From Octopus vulgaris (lineage: Eukaryota): a stretch of DNA of 64,000 bases. The notes under the pieces are model-generated. The model was not told the DNA's origin. It searched no databases and worked only from the letters and a program-made list of their open reading frames with translations. The stretch covers positions 142,786,001 to 142,850,000 of the forward strand of contig OX597817.1 of NCBI GenBank assembly GCA_951406725.2, written 5' to 3'. A program made the translations under genes and the position numbers. Shown here one piece after another: positions 13,415 to 29,827 of this stretch (the stretch's first letter is position 1; each line of letters begins with the position of its first letter).

Positions 13415-14742
13415 GCACGTGTTTAATTCTTCAGAAATAATGTATCTGTTTATGAAGATGAAATCAGATATGCAGCCAAGAGGGAAACGTTTTAAAATTC
13501 TATCATATCTAATGAAGTGGTCAATACTCAACCAGTTAACAACTCATTTACGTATCTCACTTTCCAACCTCATGGTTCCTTCACTCGGCTACTGTTTCGT
13601 ACGATAGGTACGGGCCAATCAAATCCTTGTGGGCGGATTTCGTGGACGAAAACTAAAAGAAGCACGTCGTATGTGTGCGTGTATGTCTCTGTGTGTCTGT
13701 GTGTGTCTGTGTGCGCGTGTGTGTATCTGTGAGCGTGTGTGTGTATACGAGCGCACGTGTGTCTGTGTGCATGTGTGTGTTTCCTAGTGTGTGTGGTTAT
13801 GTCTGTGTTTGGCCCCCAACACTATCTACCCTTCAGAAACAGTGTTGGTGTGTTTGCGTTCCTATAACCTAGAGTTTCGGCAATAGAGACCGATACATTA
13901 AGTACCAGGAATAATTATCTGGATTGAAGAATAATTACTGCAGTTGATTCATTTGACTAAATATCCATGGCCGCATTCTAATGGCTGAAACAAGAAAAAA
14001 CATAAAAGATAAAAGATACACACACATACACACACACACATATACACATACATAAGTCTGTATGTGTATATGTGTGTATGCATGCATTGTGAAGGCGCAT
14101 GGCTCAGTGGTTAGAGCGACGAGCTTACGATCGTGAAGCTGTGAGTTCGAATCCCGAACCGGGCTGTGTGTTGTGTTGTTGAGCAAGACACTTTATTTCC
14201 GGTTGCTCCAGTTTACTTAGTTGTATGTACGTACCACTGGATACTTCGTAGGCATGCGTTATACGCGGTCTAGCACTTGGCATCGTTTCACAGCGATGGC
14301 ATCCTGTAGGTTAGGCAACACAGCCATTACTTACCCATTCTTACGGTGGTCAAACCAAGAAATACACTGGCCTGGTCACTTCTGTTACTTTCTCCATGTT
14401 TCAAGAGAGGCCACCATAGACGTGGCGACACCCGCACAAAGGTTCTAATATTAACTAACCCCTCCGATCCAGCCAACTACTCTCTGTTGCTCTCTCTTTT
14501 GTATTCAAAAAGACTGCCATTAACAAGAAGTTCTCCAGAAGGTGATAAAATGGCAGAATCGTTAGCACACCATGCAAATTACTTAACAGCATTTCGTCCG
14601 ATTCGGCATTCTCAGTTCAAATTTCGCGGAGGTCCACGCTGCCTTTTATCCTTTCGGCATCCATAAAATGAAAACCAGTTGCGGAATGGCTTGACTGTAT
14701 ATCATAAACAAACACATTATTTCTGGATTTGAAGGCGACAAC

Positions 14743-14811
14743 TCCTCGATGGCCTGGTGGTTAAGTTACAATGGACAGATTTCTGCGTGGATCAAAGCCC
14801 CACTCCTATTA
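14743..14811 (+). pseudogene. tRNA-Leu pseudogene with 14-nt deletion
   Basis: Paralog of 930-1012; deletion between the two TTAAG pentamers. Confidence 0.85.
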
Positions 14812-14996
14812 ATTTTTTTTATAGTCAATTTTTAGCTACAGAGAATGCTATGTGGTGAAGTAGCTTGATTTGTTTTACTTGTTTCAGTCATTTGAAAGAA
14901 ACAGCGAAGTGCAATTGAACTCGACACAATGTGGTTGGAAATCACGCTCCCTGACCACATAGCCATGTTTATGTCTAAAAATAAAAGAAAACAAGA

Positions 14997-15079
14997 TAGC
15001 ACGAGTGGGGTTCGAACCCACGCGGACAATTGTCCATTGGAACTTAAGTCCAACGCCTTAACCACTCGGCCATCGTGCT
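14997..15079 (-). tRNA. trnL-UAA: tRNA-Leu(TAA), intact
   Basis: Consensus cloverleaf; variable loop AATT. Confidence 0.95.
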
Positions 15080-15593
15080 GCTTATGTTTAATAGGACGGA
15101 AATAATGTATCTGTTTATGGAGATGAAACTAGACATGCAGCCAAGAGGGAAACGTTTTAAAATTCTATCATATCTAATGAAATGGTCAATACTCAACCTA
15201 TTAACAGGTCATTTACGTATCTCACTTTCCAGCCTCGTGGTTCAAGGTTCATTCCCACTGCCTGGCACCTTGGACTAGTGTTTCTTGCTATAGTCGCGGG
15301 CCGATCAAATCCTTATGAGTGGATTTGGTAGACGAAAACTGAAAGACGCCCGTCGTGTATATATATATATGTGTGTGTGTGTGTATGTGTATATATATAT
15401 ACATATATATATGCATCTACATTCACACACGCATATATATGTAATTATGAATGTATATATATACGTGTAAAACATTTCTTTAGTGAATGCGTTGGTAAAG
15501 TGGTTGGGCTGTTGCACTCACGATTCCAAGACTGTGATTTCGATTCCGAGAGCTGGTGTTGCCTTGTACTCTTGAGTAAACCACTTCATTTCA

Positions 15594-15642
<49 letters not shown>

Positions 15643-15653
15643 AATATATATAT

Positions 15654-15706
<53 letters not shown>

Positions 15707-15721
15707 TAGATATATACATAC

Positions 15722-15777
<56 letters not shown>

Positions 15778-15911
15778 GTACGTATATATATAGATAGATA
15801 GATATATATATATAGTTAATCCAAACATGAAAGCACAAAAAACACAACAACGCGAGGACGTGGAACCAATATAGTATTATTGGACGCTCGGGAAAGAAGG
15901 AAAGAACAAGG

Positions 15912-15946
15912 GTTTAACGTTTCGAGCGGAGCTCCTCGTCGGAAAC
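15912..15946 (-). ncRNA. Minimal type I hammerhead-like motif (U4C variant) in a Penelope-like terminal fragment
   Basis: GTTT-CCGACGA-G-GAGC-TCC-GCTC-GAAACGTT-AAAC. Confidence 0.55.
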
Positions 15947-17331
15947 ATAGGAGAAGGAAAGATCCAGAGAAGGGAAGCGAGAGGGAAAAAATTCGCCAAC
16001 GGTTCACACGCGGTCACACAAAGAGTTTTATTGAACAGGTTTTATAACACCGCGCTGTAACTGTTTCATTGCATCGTTCCAAGTAGTTTCGTTCAAACAC
16101 GTCTAGTGATTGTGTATATGTATGTATGTGAGTATGTGTGTATGTATGGGTGTATGTACGTATAATGCATGTATGTCTTTATGTATGTGTGTATATATGT
16201 GTATATGTGGTTGTGTATTTGTATGAATGTGTGTGTGGATGTGTGCATGTATATGTAGGTTTGTGAAGGTGCGTGGCTTAGTGGTTAGGGCATTTAACTC
16301 AAGATCGTAAGGTCGTGAGTTCAATTCGCGGCGACGTGTTGTGTCTATGAGCAAGACACTTTATTTCACGTTGCTCCAGTCCACTCGGCTGGCAAAAATG
16401 AATTGTATCCGTATTTCAAAGGGCCAGCCTTGTCACACACTGTGTCACGCTGAATCTCCCTGAGTACTACGTTAAGTGTACACGTGTCTGTGGAATGCTC
16501 AGCCACTTGCACGTTAATTTCACGTGCAACCTATTCCGTTGATCGCATCGGGTGGGACCCTCGTTGTCGCAACCGACGGAGTGCTCCTTATATGTGAGTT
16601 TATGTATGTATGTATGTAGGTATGTATGTATGTATGTATGTATGTATATATGTATGTATTTATGTACGTACGTATGTATGTATGTATGTATGTATGTATG
16701 TATGTATGTATGTATGTATGTATGTGTGCATGTATGTATGTATGTATGAGTGTGAGTGTTTATGTATGTATGAGAGAAGGCGTGTGGCTAAATGGTTAGA
16801 GTACTGCTCTCATGATCGTAAAATTGTGAGTTCGATTTCCGGCAGCTCGTTATATCTTTGTGTAAGACACTATATTTCCTTTTACTCCAGTCCACCTAGG
16901 TTGCAAAAATGTGTTGTTCCTGTAATTCAAACGGACCAACCTTGTCGCACTCTGTGTCATACTGAATTTCTCTGAGAACCGCGGTAAGGGTTGCGTGCCT
17001 GTAGAGTACTCAGCCACTTGCAAATTAAGTTCACGGTTAATCTGTTCCGTTCCTCAGATCAACCGGAACATTCACCATAGTAACCTAAGGTGCGCTATAT
17101 ATATATACATTCCTATATATATGCCACCATATATATAGGGATTAATAAACGCATTGAAGGTTTTCAGAAGAACAGATCCCCTCACTATCACTTTCGTAGA
17201 TCCGGGACAACAGTAGAAGATGCATGCACAAGAAACAGCTAAGTGCAACTGAACCCGACACAACGTGGTTGAAAATCAAGCTCCCTGACCACATAGTCAT
17301 TATTATGTCTAAAAATAAAATAAAAGCAATG

Positions 17332-17398
17332 TAGCACGAGTGGGGTTCGAACACACGCGGACTTAAGTCCAACGCCTTAACCACTCGGCCATCGTGCT
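17332..17398 (-). pseudogene. tRNA-Leu pseudogene with 16-nt deletion
   Basis: 67 nt; 3' anticodon stem and most of the variable arm lost; T-stem G>T. Confidence 0.88.
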
Positions 17399-19322
17399 GC
17401 TTGTGTCTAAGAACCCGGAAATAATATATCTGTTTATGAAGATGAAACGAGTCATGCAGCCTAGACGGAAATGGTTTAAAATTCTTTCATATCTGATGAA
17501 GTGGTCAATATTCAACCAATTTTTAGCCTCATGGTTCCAGGTTCAGTCCCATTGCCTGGCACATTGGATTAGTGTTTCTTGCTATAGGGGCGGGCCAATC
17601 GAATCCTTGTGAGTGGATTTGGTAGACGGAAACTGGAAGAAGCCCATTAAGTGTGTATTGTGTGTATGTATGTATGTGTGTATGTATGTATGTGTGTATG
17701 TATGTGTGTGCTTGAGTATGTGTGTATGTATGTATGTGTGTGTATGTATGAGTGTATGTGTGTATGTGTGTACGTATGTGTATATATAGGTATATGTATG
17801 TATGTCTGTATATGTATGCATGTGTGTATATGTGTATGTGGTTGTGTATTTGTGTGTATGTATGTGTGTGTGTATACGTGAGTTTATGTATGTAGGAGTG
17901 AATGTATGTATGTATGTGTTTATGTGTGTGTATATATGTGTTTATGTGTGTGTGTATGTACGTGTTTGTATGTATGTATGTGTGAATGTATGTTTCTATG
18001 TCTGTACGTACCATTGGTTACTTCGTAGGCATGCGTTATACGTGGTCTAGCACTTGGCACTGTTTCACAGCGATGGCATCCTGTAGGTTAGGCAGCCCAG
18101 CCATTACTTACCCATTCTTATTGTGGTCAAACCAAGAAATACACTGGTCTGGTCACTTCTGTTGCTTTATCTATGTTTAAAGAGAGGCCACCATGGATGA
18201 GGCGACACACCCGCACAAAGGTTCTAATATATAGTAAACCCTGCGATCCAGCCAACTAGCCTCTGTTGCTCTGTCTTTTAATGTATTTAAAAAGACCGCT
18301 GTTAACAAGAAATTCGCCAAAAGGCGGCGAGCTGGCAGAATCGTTCGCACCCTATATAAATTACTTAACGGCATTTCGTCCGACTCGACAACCTGAGTTC
18401 AAATTTCGCCGAGGTCGACGCTGCCTTTTATCCTTTCGGTGTCCATAAAATGAGTACCAGTTGAGTTTTGGTGTCGATGTGATCAAATTAGTTCCTCCCC
18501 CGAAATTGCTGGCTTTGTCTCAAAATTTTAAGCCAATAATATGTTTTCCGACGGCACTCAGCCACCCTCGAGCCACTCGGAACTAGGTTCAGTCCTATTG
18601 TGGTAACTTAGGCAAGAGTCTTCTACTATAGCCTTGGGCCAACCAAAGCCTTGGTAGACGGAGTCTGAAAGAAGCCCGTCGTGTATATATATTTATGTAC
18701 GTGTGTCTTTGTCTGTGTTTGTCCCAGCACCATCTTGACAACCGATACTGGTGTATTCTTGTCCCAGAAACTTGGCTATTCGGCAAAAAAACCCGATAGA
18801 ATGAGTGTAGGCTTACAAAGAATAATTCCTCGCGTCGAATTCTTCGACTTAAGGCGGTGCTCCAGCAAAGCCGCAGTTGAATGTATATATCGTCTATCTT
18901 TTATCTTTTACTTGTTTCAGTCATCAGACTAGGGCCATGCTGGGGCACCGCCTTGAAGAACTTTTAGTCGAATGAATCGATCGCAGCACTTATTGTTTTA
19001 TTTCTAAGCCTGGTACCTAGTCTATCATCTTCGTTTGCCGAACCGCTTCGTTACGGAGACATAAGTACATCAATACAATTGTCCAGTAGCAGCGGCTCGA
19101 CAAACATAGACACAAAGACACGCGCACGCACACACACACACGATATATAAATGTATATATATATATATACAAAATGAGGAAATGGAGAAATATATCTAAA
19201 TCAATCATCAACTATCAGATAATACCCAATCAATACTTTATTAAACCACTACACAATAGCAATGATATTATACATTAATATAGCACAAATATAACAAGAC
19301 ATAGAAATACATTTACATTGTA

Positions 19323-19432
19323 GCTGACAGCTGTTCGGCCGTGAAGACAGGTATGTCTCATTTAACCTATTAGCCATATAAAGCAGGTATAAATGAGTCA
19401 TTAACAAGAATATCTCACGGCCTCTTCAGAGA
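19323..19432 (-). ncRNA. Hammerhead-like motif with long stem II, one core A missing
   Basis: TCT-CTGAAGA-GGCCGTGA...TCACGGCC-GAACAGCTGTC-AG; palindromic ACAGCTGT helix III. Confidence 0.5.
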
Positions 19433-19736
19433 TTTTAATGCAAGTATGAGTACAAATCCTAAATAATTTACATATAAATATAAATATGTGTGCATACACA
19501 TTCATATTCTTACATATATATATACACAATAATAGAATATATACACAATAATACAATATAAACAATATAGATCAATATACATCAACAAACACAATAATGT
19601 TCTTCTCGAGGCTATAGTAGAAGACACTTGCCCAAGGTACCACTCATTGAGACTGAACCCGGAAGCATGTAGTTGGGAAGCAAGCGTCTTGCTACACAGC
19701 CACGTGTTTATGTCTAGAAATAAAATAAAAACGAAA

Positions 19737-19819
19737 TAGCACGAGTGGGGTTCGAACCCACGCGGACACTTGTCCATTGGAACTTAAGTCCAACGCCTTA
19801 ACCACTCGGCCATCGTGCT
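19737..19819 (-). tRNA. trnL-UAA: tRNA-Leu(TAA), intact
   Basis: Consensus cloverleaf; variable loop AAGT. Confidence 0.95.
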
Positions 19820-20271
19820 GCTCGTCTTTAATCTTTCGTAAATAAGTATCTGTTTATTGAGATGAAACTAGCCATGCAGCCAAGAGGGAAATGGTTTAAA
19901 ATTCTTTCATTTATAATGAAGTGGTCAATACTCAACCAGTTAACAACTCATTTACGTATTTCAATTTCCAGCCTCATGGTTCCAGGTTCAGTCCCACTGC
20001 GTGGAAAATTGGGCTGATGTTTCTTGCTATAAGCGTGGGCCGATCGAGTGGATTTGGTAGACGAAGACTAAAAGAAGCCCTAGTATTTTTCTCATTTTGT
20101 ATTATTAATTTACGGTAAAAATAATTTTACCTTTGCCCACGTAATACAGTAGATGAATTAATTGCATCGCAATTTTTAACATTTATGTATTAGCTTTGTT
20201 GGGTACTTCTCTAGCAGTATATTGGATATATGTTATCCCATGGAGGGTTGAATTTACAACCCCTATCTCAT

Positions 20272-20302
<31 letters not shown>

Positions 20303-20566
20303 GCACACACACGACGGGCTTCTTTCAGTTTCCGCCTATCAAATCCAGTCACAAGGAAGTGGTCGGCTCGAGACTAATGCATCATTTATCGAAACTGAGC
20401 ACGGAATTCTGTGGCTAGAAACAGATTTTATGTAAATGAATTGTTAATCAGAATATAAAGTCTCTAATTACTAAACACATCATTAGACATGAAAGATTCT
20501 GTGACGATTAGCGCTTGACTGGATTTCATAAACAGATACATTATTTCTGGGAATAACAGCGATAGC

Positions 20567-20649
20567 AGCACGATGGCCGAGTGGTTAAGACGTTGGACTT
20601 AATTTCAAATGGACTTGTGTCCGCGTGGGTTTGAACCCCACGAGTGCTA
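20567..20649 (+). pseudogene. tRNA-Leu(TAA) pseudogene
   Basis: T-loop TTTGAAC; mismatches in anticodon and acceptor stems. Confidence 0.85.
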
Positions 20650-21277
20650 ATATTTCTTTAAATTTTATTTTTAGCCTCAGGGATGGCTATGTGGTGAAGG
20701 AACTTGATTTGCAACCACGTTGTTTCGTGTTCACTCTCACTGCGTCGCATCTTGTGCCGGTATCTTGTATTGTAGTCCCCGACTGGTCCGAATATTAGGT
20801 GGGGTGAGGCCTTTCTATTGTCTGAATGACAGCCCGTTTGTCTGCCTGTCTGTCTTACTTATTTGGTCTGTGTGTATGTATGTATACGTTCTTTTATTGT
20901 TTTACTTGTTTCAGTCATTTGACTGCCGTCAGAGGGTTTTGTCGAGTAAATTATAAGCCTAGTATTTATTCCATCGTTTTCTTTCGCCCAACCGCTCAGT
21001 TACCGGGACATAAACACACAATCATCGGTTGTCAAGCGACGATAGGGAGGGACAAGCATAGATATACATAAATATATACGTTTAAAAATACGACGGACTT
21101 CTTTCAGTTTCCGTCAGCCAAATCCACTCACAAGGCTTTGGTCTTCTCGAGGCTATAGTAGAAGATACTTGCCCAAGGTACCACTCATTGAGACTGAACC
21201 CGGAAGCATGTAGTTGGGAAGCAAGCGTCTTGCTACACAGCCACATGTTTATTTCTAGAAATAAAATAAAAACGAAA

Positions 21278-21360
21278 TAGCACGAGTGGGGTTCGAACCC
21301 ACGCGGACACTCGTCCATTGGAACTTAAGTCCAACGCCTTAACCACTCGGCCATCGTGCT
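21278..21360 (-). tRNA. trnL-UAA: tRNA-Leu(TAA), intact
   Basis: Consensus stems; variable loop GAGT. Confidence 0.92.
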
Positions 21361-22924
21361 GCTCGTCTTTAATCTTTCGTAAATAAGTATCTGTTTATTG
21401 AGATGAAACTAGCCATGCAGCCAAGAGGGAAATGGTTTAAAATTCTTTCATTTATAATGAAGTGGTCAATACTCAACCAGTTAACAACTCATTTACGTAT
21501 TTCAATTTCCAGCCTCATGGTTCCAGGTTCAGTCCCACTGCGTGGAAAATTGGGCTGATATTTCTTACTAAAGGCGTGGGCCGATCGAGTGGATTTGGTA
21601 GACGAAGACTAAAAGAAGCCCGTCGTGTGTGTGTATTGTGAGTATGTAAGTATGTATGTAAGTATGTAAGTATGTAAGTATGTATGTAAGTATGTAAATA
21701 TGTATGTATGTATGTATGTATGTGCGTATGTATGAGTGTATGTATGACTGGATATATGTGTGTATGTATGTATGTATGTATGTATGTATGTATGTATGTA
21801 TGTTGTGTATATGTGTATATATGTGTGTAAGTATGTGTATATGTTGTGTATTTCTGTGTATGTATGTGCGTGTGGATGTGTGCATGTATATGTGAGTTTG
21901 TGAAGGTTTAGTGGTTAGGGCATTTGACTCATGATCCTAAGGTCGTGGGTTCAATTCACGGTGATGCGTTGTGTCCTTGAGCAAGATATTTTATTTCATG
22001 TTGCTCCAGTCCATTCAACTGGCAAAAATGAGTAGTACCTGTATTTCAAAAGGCCAGCCTTATCACACTCTGCGCCACCCTGATTCAACTTCAGAACTAC
22101 GTTAAGGTTACATGTGTCTGTTCAGCAAGCTGTTCCGTTGATCGTACCAGTTGGTATCCTCGTTGTCGTAACCGACGGAGTGCTCCTTATATGTGAGTTT
22201 ATGTATGTATGTGTGTATGTATGTGTATATGTATATATGTGTGTATGTATGTATGTGTGTGTGTGTGAATGTATGTATGTATGTATGTATGTATGTATGT
22301 TTATATGTATTTGTGTGTATGTATGTAAGTATGTATGTATGAGTGTGTTTATGTATGTATGAGTCAAGGTGTGTGGCTTAATGGTTAGAGTACTGGTCAC
22401 ACAATCGTAAGATACTGAGTTCGATTTCCGGCGGCTCGTTAACTGTGTGAGACACTTTATTTCATTTTATTCCAGTCAACTCAGCTTGCAAAAATGTGTT
22501 GTACATGTTATTCAAACGGACCAAATATGTCACATTCTGTGTCATACTGAATCTCTCTGAGAACCAAGGTAAAGGTATGCGTGTCTCTGGTGTGCTCAGC
22601 CACTTGCAAGTTAATTTCACGGTTAATATGTTCCGTTCCTCAGATCAATCGGAACACTCACCGTAGTAACCCATGATCCGCCATATATATATATATATAT
22701 ATATCCCTATATATATGCGACGCATATATATAGGGATTAATAAACGCATTGATGGGTTTCAGTAGAACAGATCCACCTCACTATCACTTTCGTAAATCAG
22801 GGAGAACAGAAGATACTTGCACAAGAAGCAGAGAAGTGCAACTGAACCTGACACATCGTGGTTGAAAATCTCGCTCCCTGACTACATAGTCATGTTTATT
22901 TCTAAAAATAAAATAAAAGCGAAA

Positions 22925-23007
22925 TAGCACGAGTGGGGTCCGAGCCCACGCGGACACTTGACCATTGGAACTTAAGTCCTACGCCTTAACCGCTCGGCCA
23001 TAGTGCT
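22925..23007 (-). pseudogene. tRNA-Leu(TAA) pseudogene
   Basis: T-loop CTCGGAC; mismatches in acceptor, anticodon and variable stems. Confidence 0.85.
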
Positions 23008-24858
23008 GCTCGTGTTTAAGTCTTCGGAAATAATGTATCTGTTTATGGAGATGAAACTAGCATGCGGCCAAGAGGGAAATGGTTTAAAGTTCTTTCTTTT
23101 CTAATAAAGTGCTCAGTAATCAGCCTATCAACAGCTCCCAGGCACATGGTTCCAGGCCAGGTTCAGTCCCACTGCCTGGCACATTAGGGTAGTGTCTCTT
23201 GCTATAGGCGCGGGCCGATCAAATACTCGTGAGTAGATTAGGTAGATGAAAACTGGAAGAAGCCGTCGTGTGTGTGTATTTTGTGTCGGTAGTATATATG
23301 CATGTTTGTATGTATGTGTGTATGTATGTGTGTATGAGTGCATGTATGTGTGTATGTAGGTATGTGCATGTATGTGTTTATATGTATGTATGTGTATATA
23401 TGTGTATGTGGTTGTGAATTTGTGTGTATGTATGCGTGTGTGCGTGTATATGTGAGTTTATGTATGTATCAGTGAATGTTTGTATGTATGTGTTTCTCTG
23501 TGTGTGTGCACGTATGTATGTTATGTATGTATGTGAGAATGTATGTTTCTATGTCTGTACGTACCATTGGTTACTTCGCAGGCATGCGTTATACGCGGTC
23601 TAGCACTTGGCACTGTTTCACAGCGATGGCATTCTGTAGGTTAGGCAACCCAGCCATTACTCACCCATTCTAACGGTTGTCAAACCAAGAAATACTCTAG
23701 TCCCGTCACTTCTGCGAATTTCTCCATGTTTCAAGACAGACCGCCATGAATGTGGCGATACCCGCACAGAGGTTCTAATATATAGTAAGCCCTCCGATCC
23801 AGCCAACTACGCTCTGTTGCTCTGTCTTTTAATGTATTTAAAAAGACCGCCATTAACAAGAAGTTCTCCTAAAGGCGGCGAGCTGGCAGAATCGTTAGCA
23901 CGCCATGCAAATCACTTAGCATTTCGTCCGACTCGACATTCTGAGTTCAAATTTCGCCGAGGTCGACGCTGCCTTTTATCCTTTAGGCGTCCATAAAATG
24001 AGTACCAGCTGAGTACTGGTGTCGATGTGATCAAATTAATTCCACCGCGAAATTGCTGGCTTTGTCTCAAAATTTGAATAAGTTCTCCAACGGCATTCAG
24101 CCACTCTCCAAGCACTCAGATCTAGGTTCAGTCCTATTGCGTGGTAACTTGGGCAATAGTCTTTTACTATAGCGTCGGGCCGACCAAAGCCTTGCTAGAC
24201 GGAAACTGAAAGAAGCCCGTCAAATACATATATTTATATGCGTGTCGTAGCGTTGATTTCTCAGACTAAAGGCAGTGCTCCAACATGACTGCAGTCAAAT
24301 ATATATATCTTATACATCTTACCTTTTACTTGTTTCAGTCATTAGACTGCGGCCAAGCTGGGGCACCGGCTTGAAAGACTTTTAGTCGAATGAATCGACT
24401 GCATTACTTATTGTTTTGTTTTTAAGCCTGGTATTCTATTACTCTTCTTTTGCCGAACCGCTTGTTTACGGAGACATAAGTACAACAGCACTGGTTGTCC
24501 AGTAGCGACGGGTGGGCAAACATAGACACAATGTCACATATCCACACATTATACACACACACATGATATATAAATGTATATATATACACACACACACATA
24601 CACACGACGGAGTTCTTTCAGTTTCCGCCTATCAAATCCAGTCACAAGGAAGTGTCCGGCTTGCGGCTAGTGCATGAATTATTGAGACTGAGCCCGGAAT
24701 TCTGTGGCTAGAAACAGAAATATGTAAATGAGTTGTTAATCAGAATATAAAGTCTCTAATTATTAAACACATCATTAGACATGAAACATTGCAAACCGAT
24801 TAGCGCTTGACTGGATTTCATAAGCAGATACAATATTTCTGGGCGTAATAGCGTTAGC

Positions 24859-24941
24859 AGCACGATGGCCGAGTGGTTAAGTCGTTGGACTTAAGTTTCA
24901 ATGGCCTAGTGTCCGCGTGGGTTCGAACCCAACACATGGTA
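24859..24941 (+). pseudogene. tRNA-Leu(TAA), degenerate
   Basis: A and B boxes intact, but acceptor 3' strand ACATGGT and D/T stems mismatched. Confidence 0.8.
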
Positions 24942-25524
24942 ATATTTCTTCATATTTTATTTTTAGCCTCAGGGATGGCTATGTGGTGAAGGAGCTTGAT
25001 TTGCAACCACGTTGTTACGTGTTCACTCCCACTGCGTGGCATCTTGTGCAAGTATCCTGTCTTGTAGCCACCGACCAGTGCAAATATTAGTGGGTTTGGC
25101 CATTACTATTGTTTGTCTATCCGTTTGTCTGCCTGTCTGCCTGAACTATTTGGTGTGTTTGTGTGTGTGTGTGTGTATATATATATACACACTGCTTTAC
25201 TTATTTCAGTCATTTGGCTGCCGTCATACTGGAGCACCGCCTTAAAACGTTTTAATCGAAGAAATTGTAAACCTAGTATTTATTCCATCATTCTCTTTAC
25301 CCCAACTGCTCAGTTACCATCATCGGTTGTCAAGCGACGATAGAGAGGAACAAGTAAAGATACACACACACGCATAAATATAATGGTATATATATGCGAT
25401 GGACTTCTTTCAGTTTCCGTCAACCAAATCCACTCACAAAGCTTTGGTCTTCCCGAGGCTATAGTAGAAGACACTTGCCCAAGGTACCATGCATTTAGAC
25501 TGAACCCGGAAGCATGCGTCTTAC

Positions 25525-25629
<105 letters not shown>

Positions 25630-25825
25630 GAATTAATAAACGCATTGAAGGTTTTCAGTAGAACAAATCCCCCTCACTATCACTTTCGTAGACCCAGGAC
25701 TACAATAGAAGATACTTGCACAAGAAGCAGCGAAGTGCAACACTGAACCCGATACCACGTGGTTGACAATCAAGCACCCTGGCCACATAGTTATGTTTAT
25801 GTCTAAAAATAAAATAAAAACAAGT

Positions 25826-25901
25826 TAGCACGAGTGTGGTTCGAACCCACTCGGACAATTGTCCATTGAGTCCAACGCCTTAACCACTTGGCCATCGTGC
25901 C
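25826..25901 (-). pseudogene. tRNA-Leu pseudogene lacking the anticodon
   Basis: 76 nt; 7-nt deletion across the anticodon loop. Confidence 0.88.
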
Positions 25902-26577
25902 GCTTGCGTTTAATAGGCCGGAAATAATTTATCTGTTTATGGAGATGAAACTAGCCATGCAGCCTAGACGGAAATGGTAAAAAATTCTTTCATTTCTAAT
26001 GAAGTGGTTAATACTCAACCAGTTAACAACTCATTTACGTATCATACTTTCCAGCCTCATTGTTCCAGGTTCAGTCCCACTGCCTGGCACCTTGGACTAG
26101 TGTTTCTTGCTACAGGCGCGGGCCGATCAAATCCCTGTGAGTGGATTTGGTAAACGGAAACTGAAAGAAGCCTGTCGTCGTATTTATATATTTATATGCG
26201 TGTCTTTGTGTCTGTGTTTGTCCCCCAAACATCTCTTGACAACCGATGTTGGTTTCTTCATGTCCCAAACCTTGACAGTTCGGCAAACGAGAGCGATATA
26301 ACGAGTAACAGGCTTACAAACAATAAGTCCTGACGTCGATTTCTTCGACTAAAGGCTGTGCTCCAGTATGGCTGCAGTCAAATATATATATCGTTTATCT
26401 TTTCTTTTACTAGTTTTAGTCATTAGACTGCGGCCATGCTGGTGCACCGGCTTGGTGACCTTTTAGTCGAATGAATCGACCGCACTACTTATTGTTTTGT
26501 TTTTAAGGCAGGTACCTATTCAGTCATAAGTACATCAACACTGGTTGTCCAGTAGCGACTGGTTGACAAACACATAG

Positions 26578-26629
<52 letters not shown>

Positions 26630-26647
26630 ACACACACACATAATGCA

Positions 26648-29827
<3,180 letters not shown>

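Larger units (their letters stand above)
8557..13873. repeat. Segmental tandem repeat unit B (internally deleted, 5.3 kb)
   Basis: Collinear with unit A, with deletions near 10519, near 11258 and at the tRNA 13332-13414. Confidence 0.88.
13874..21990. repeat. Segmental tandem repeat unit C with insertions and an internal re-duplication
   Basis: Collinear with unit A 1-4550; insertions at ~15360-16108, ~19170-19600 and ~20080-20270; the part matching unit A 5447-5927 is present twice. Confidence 0.8.
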
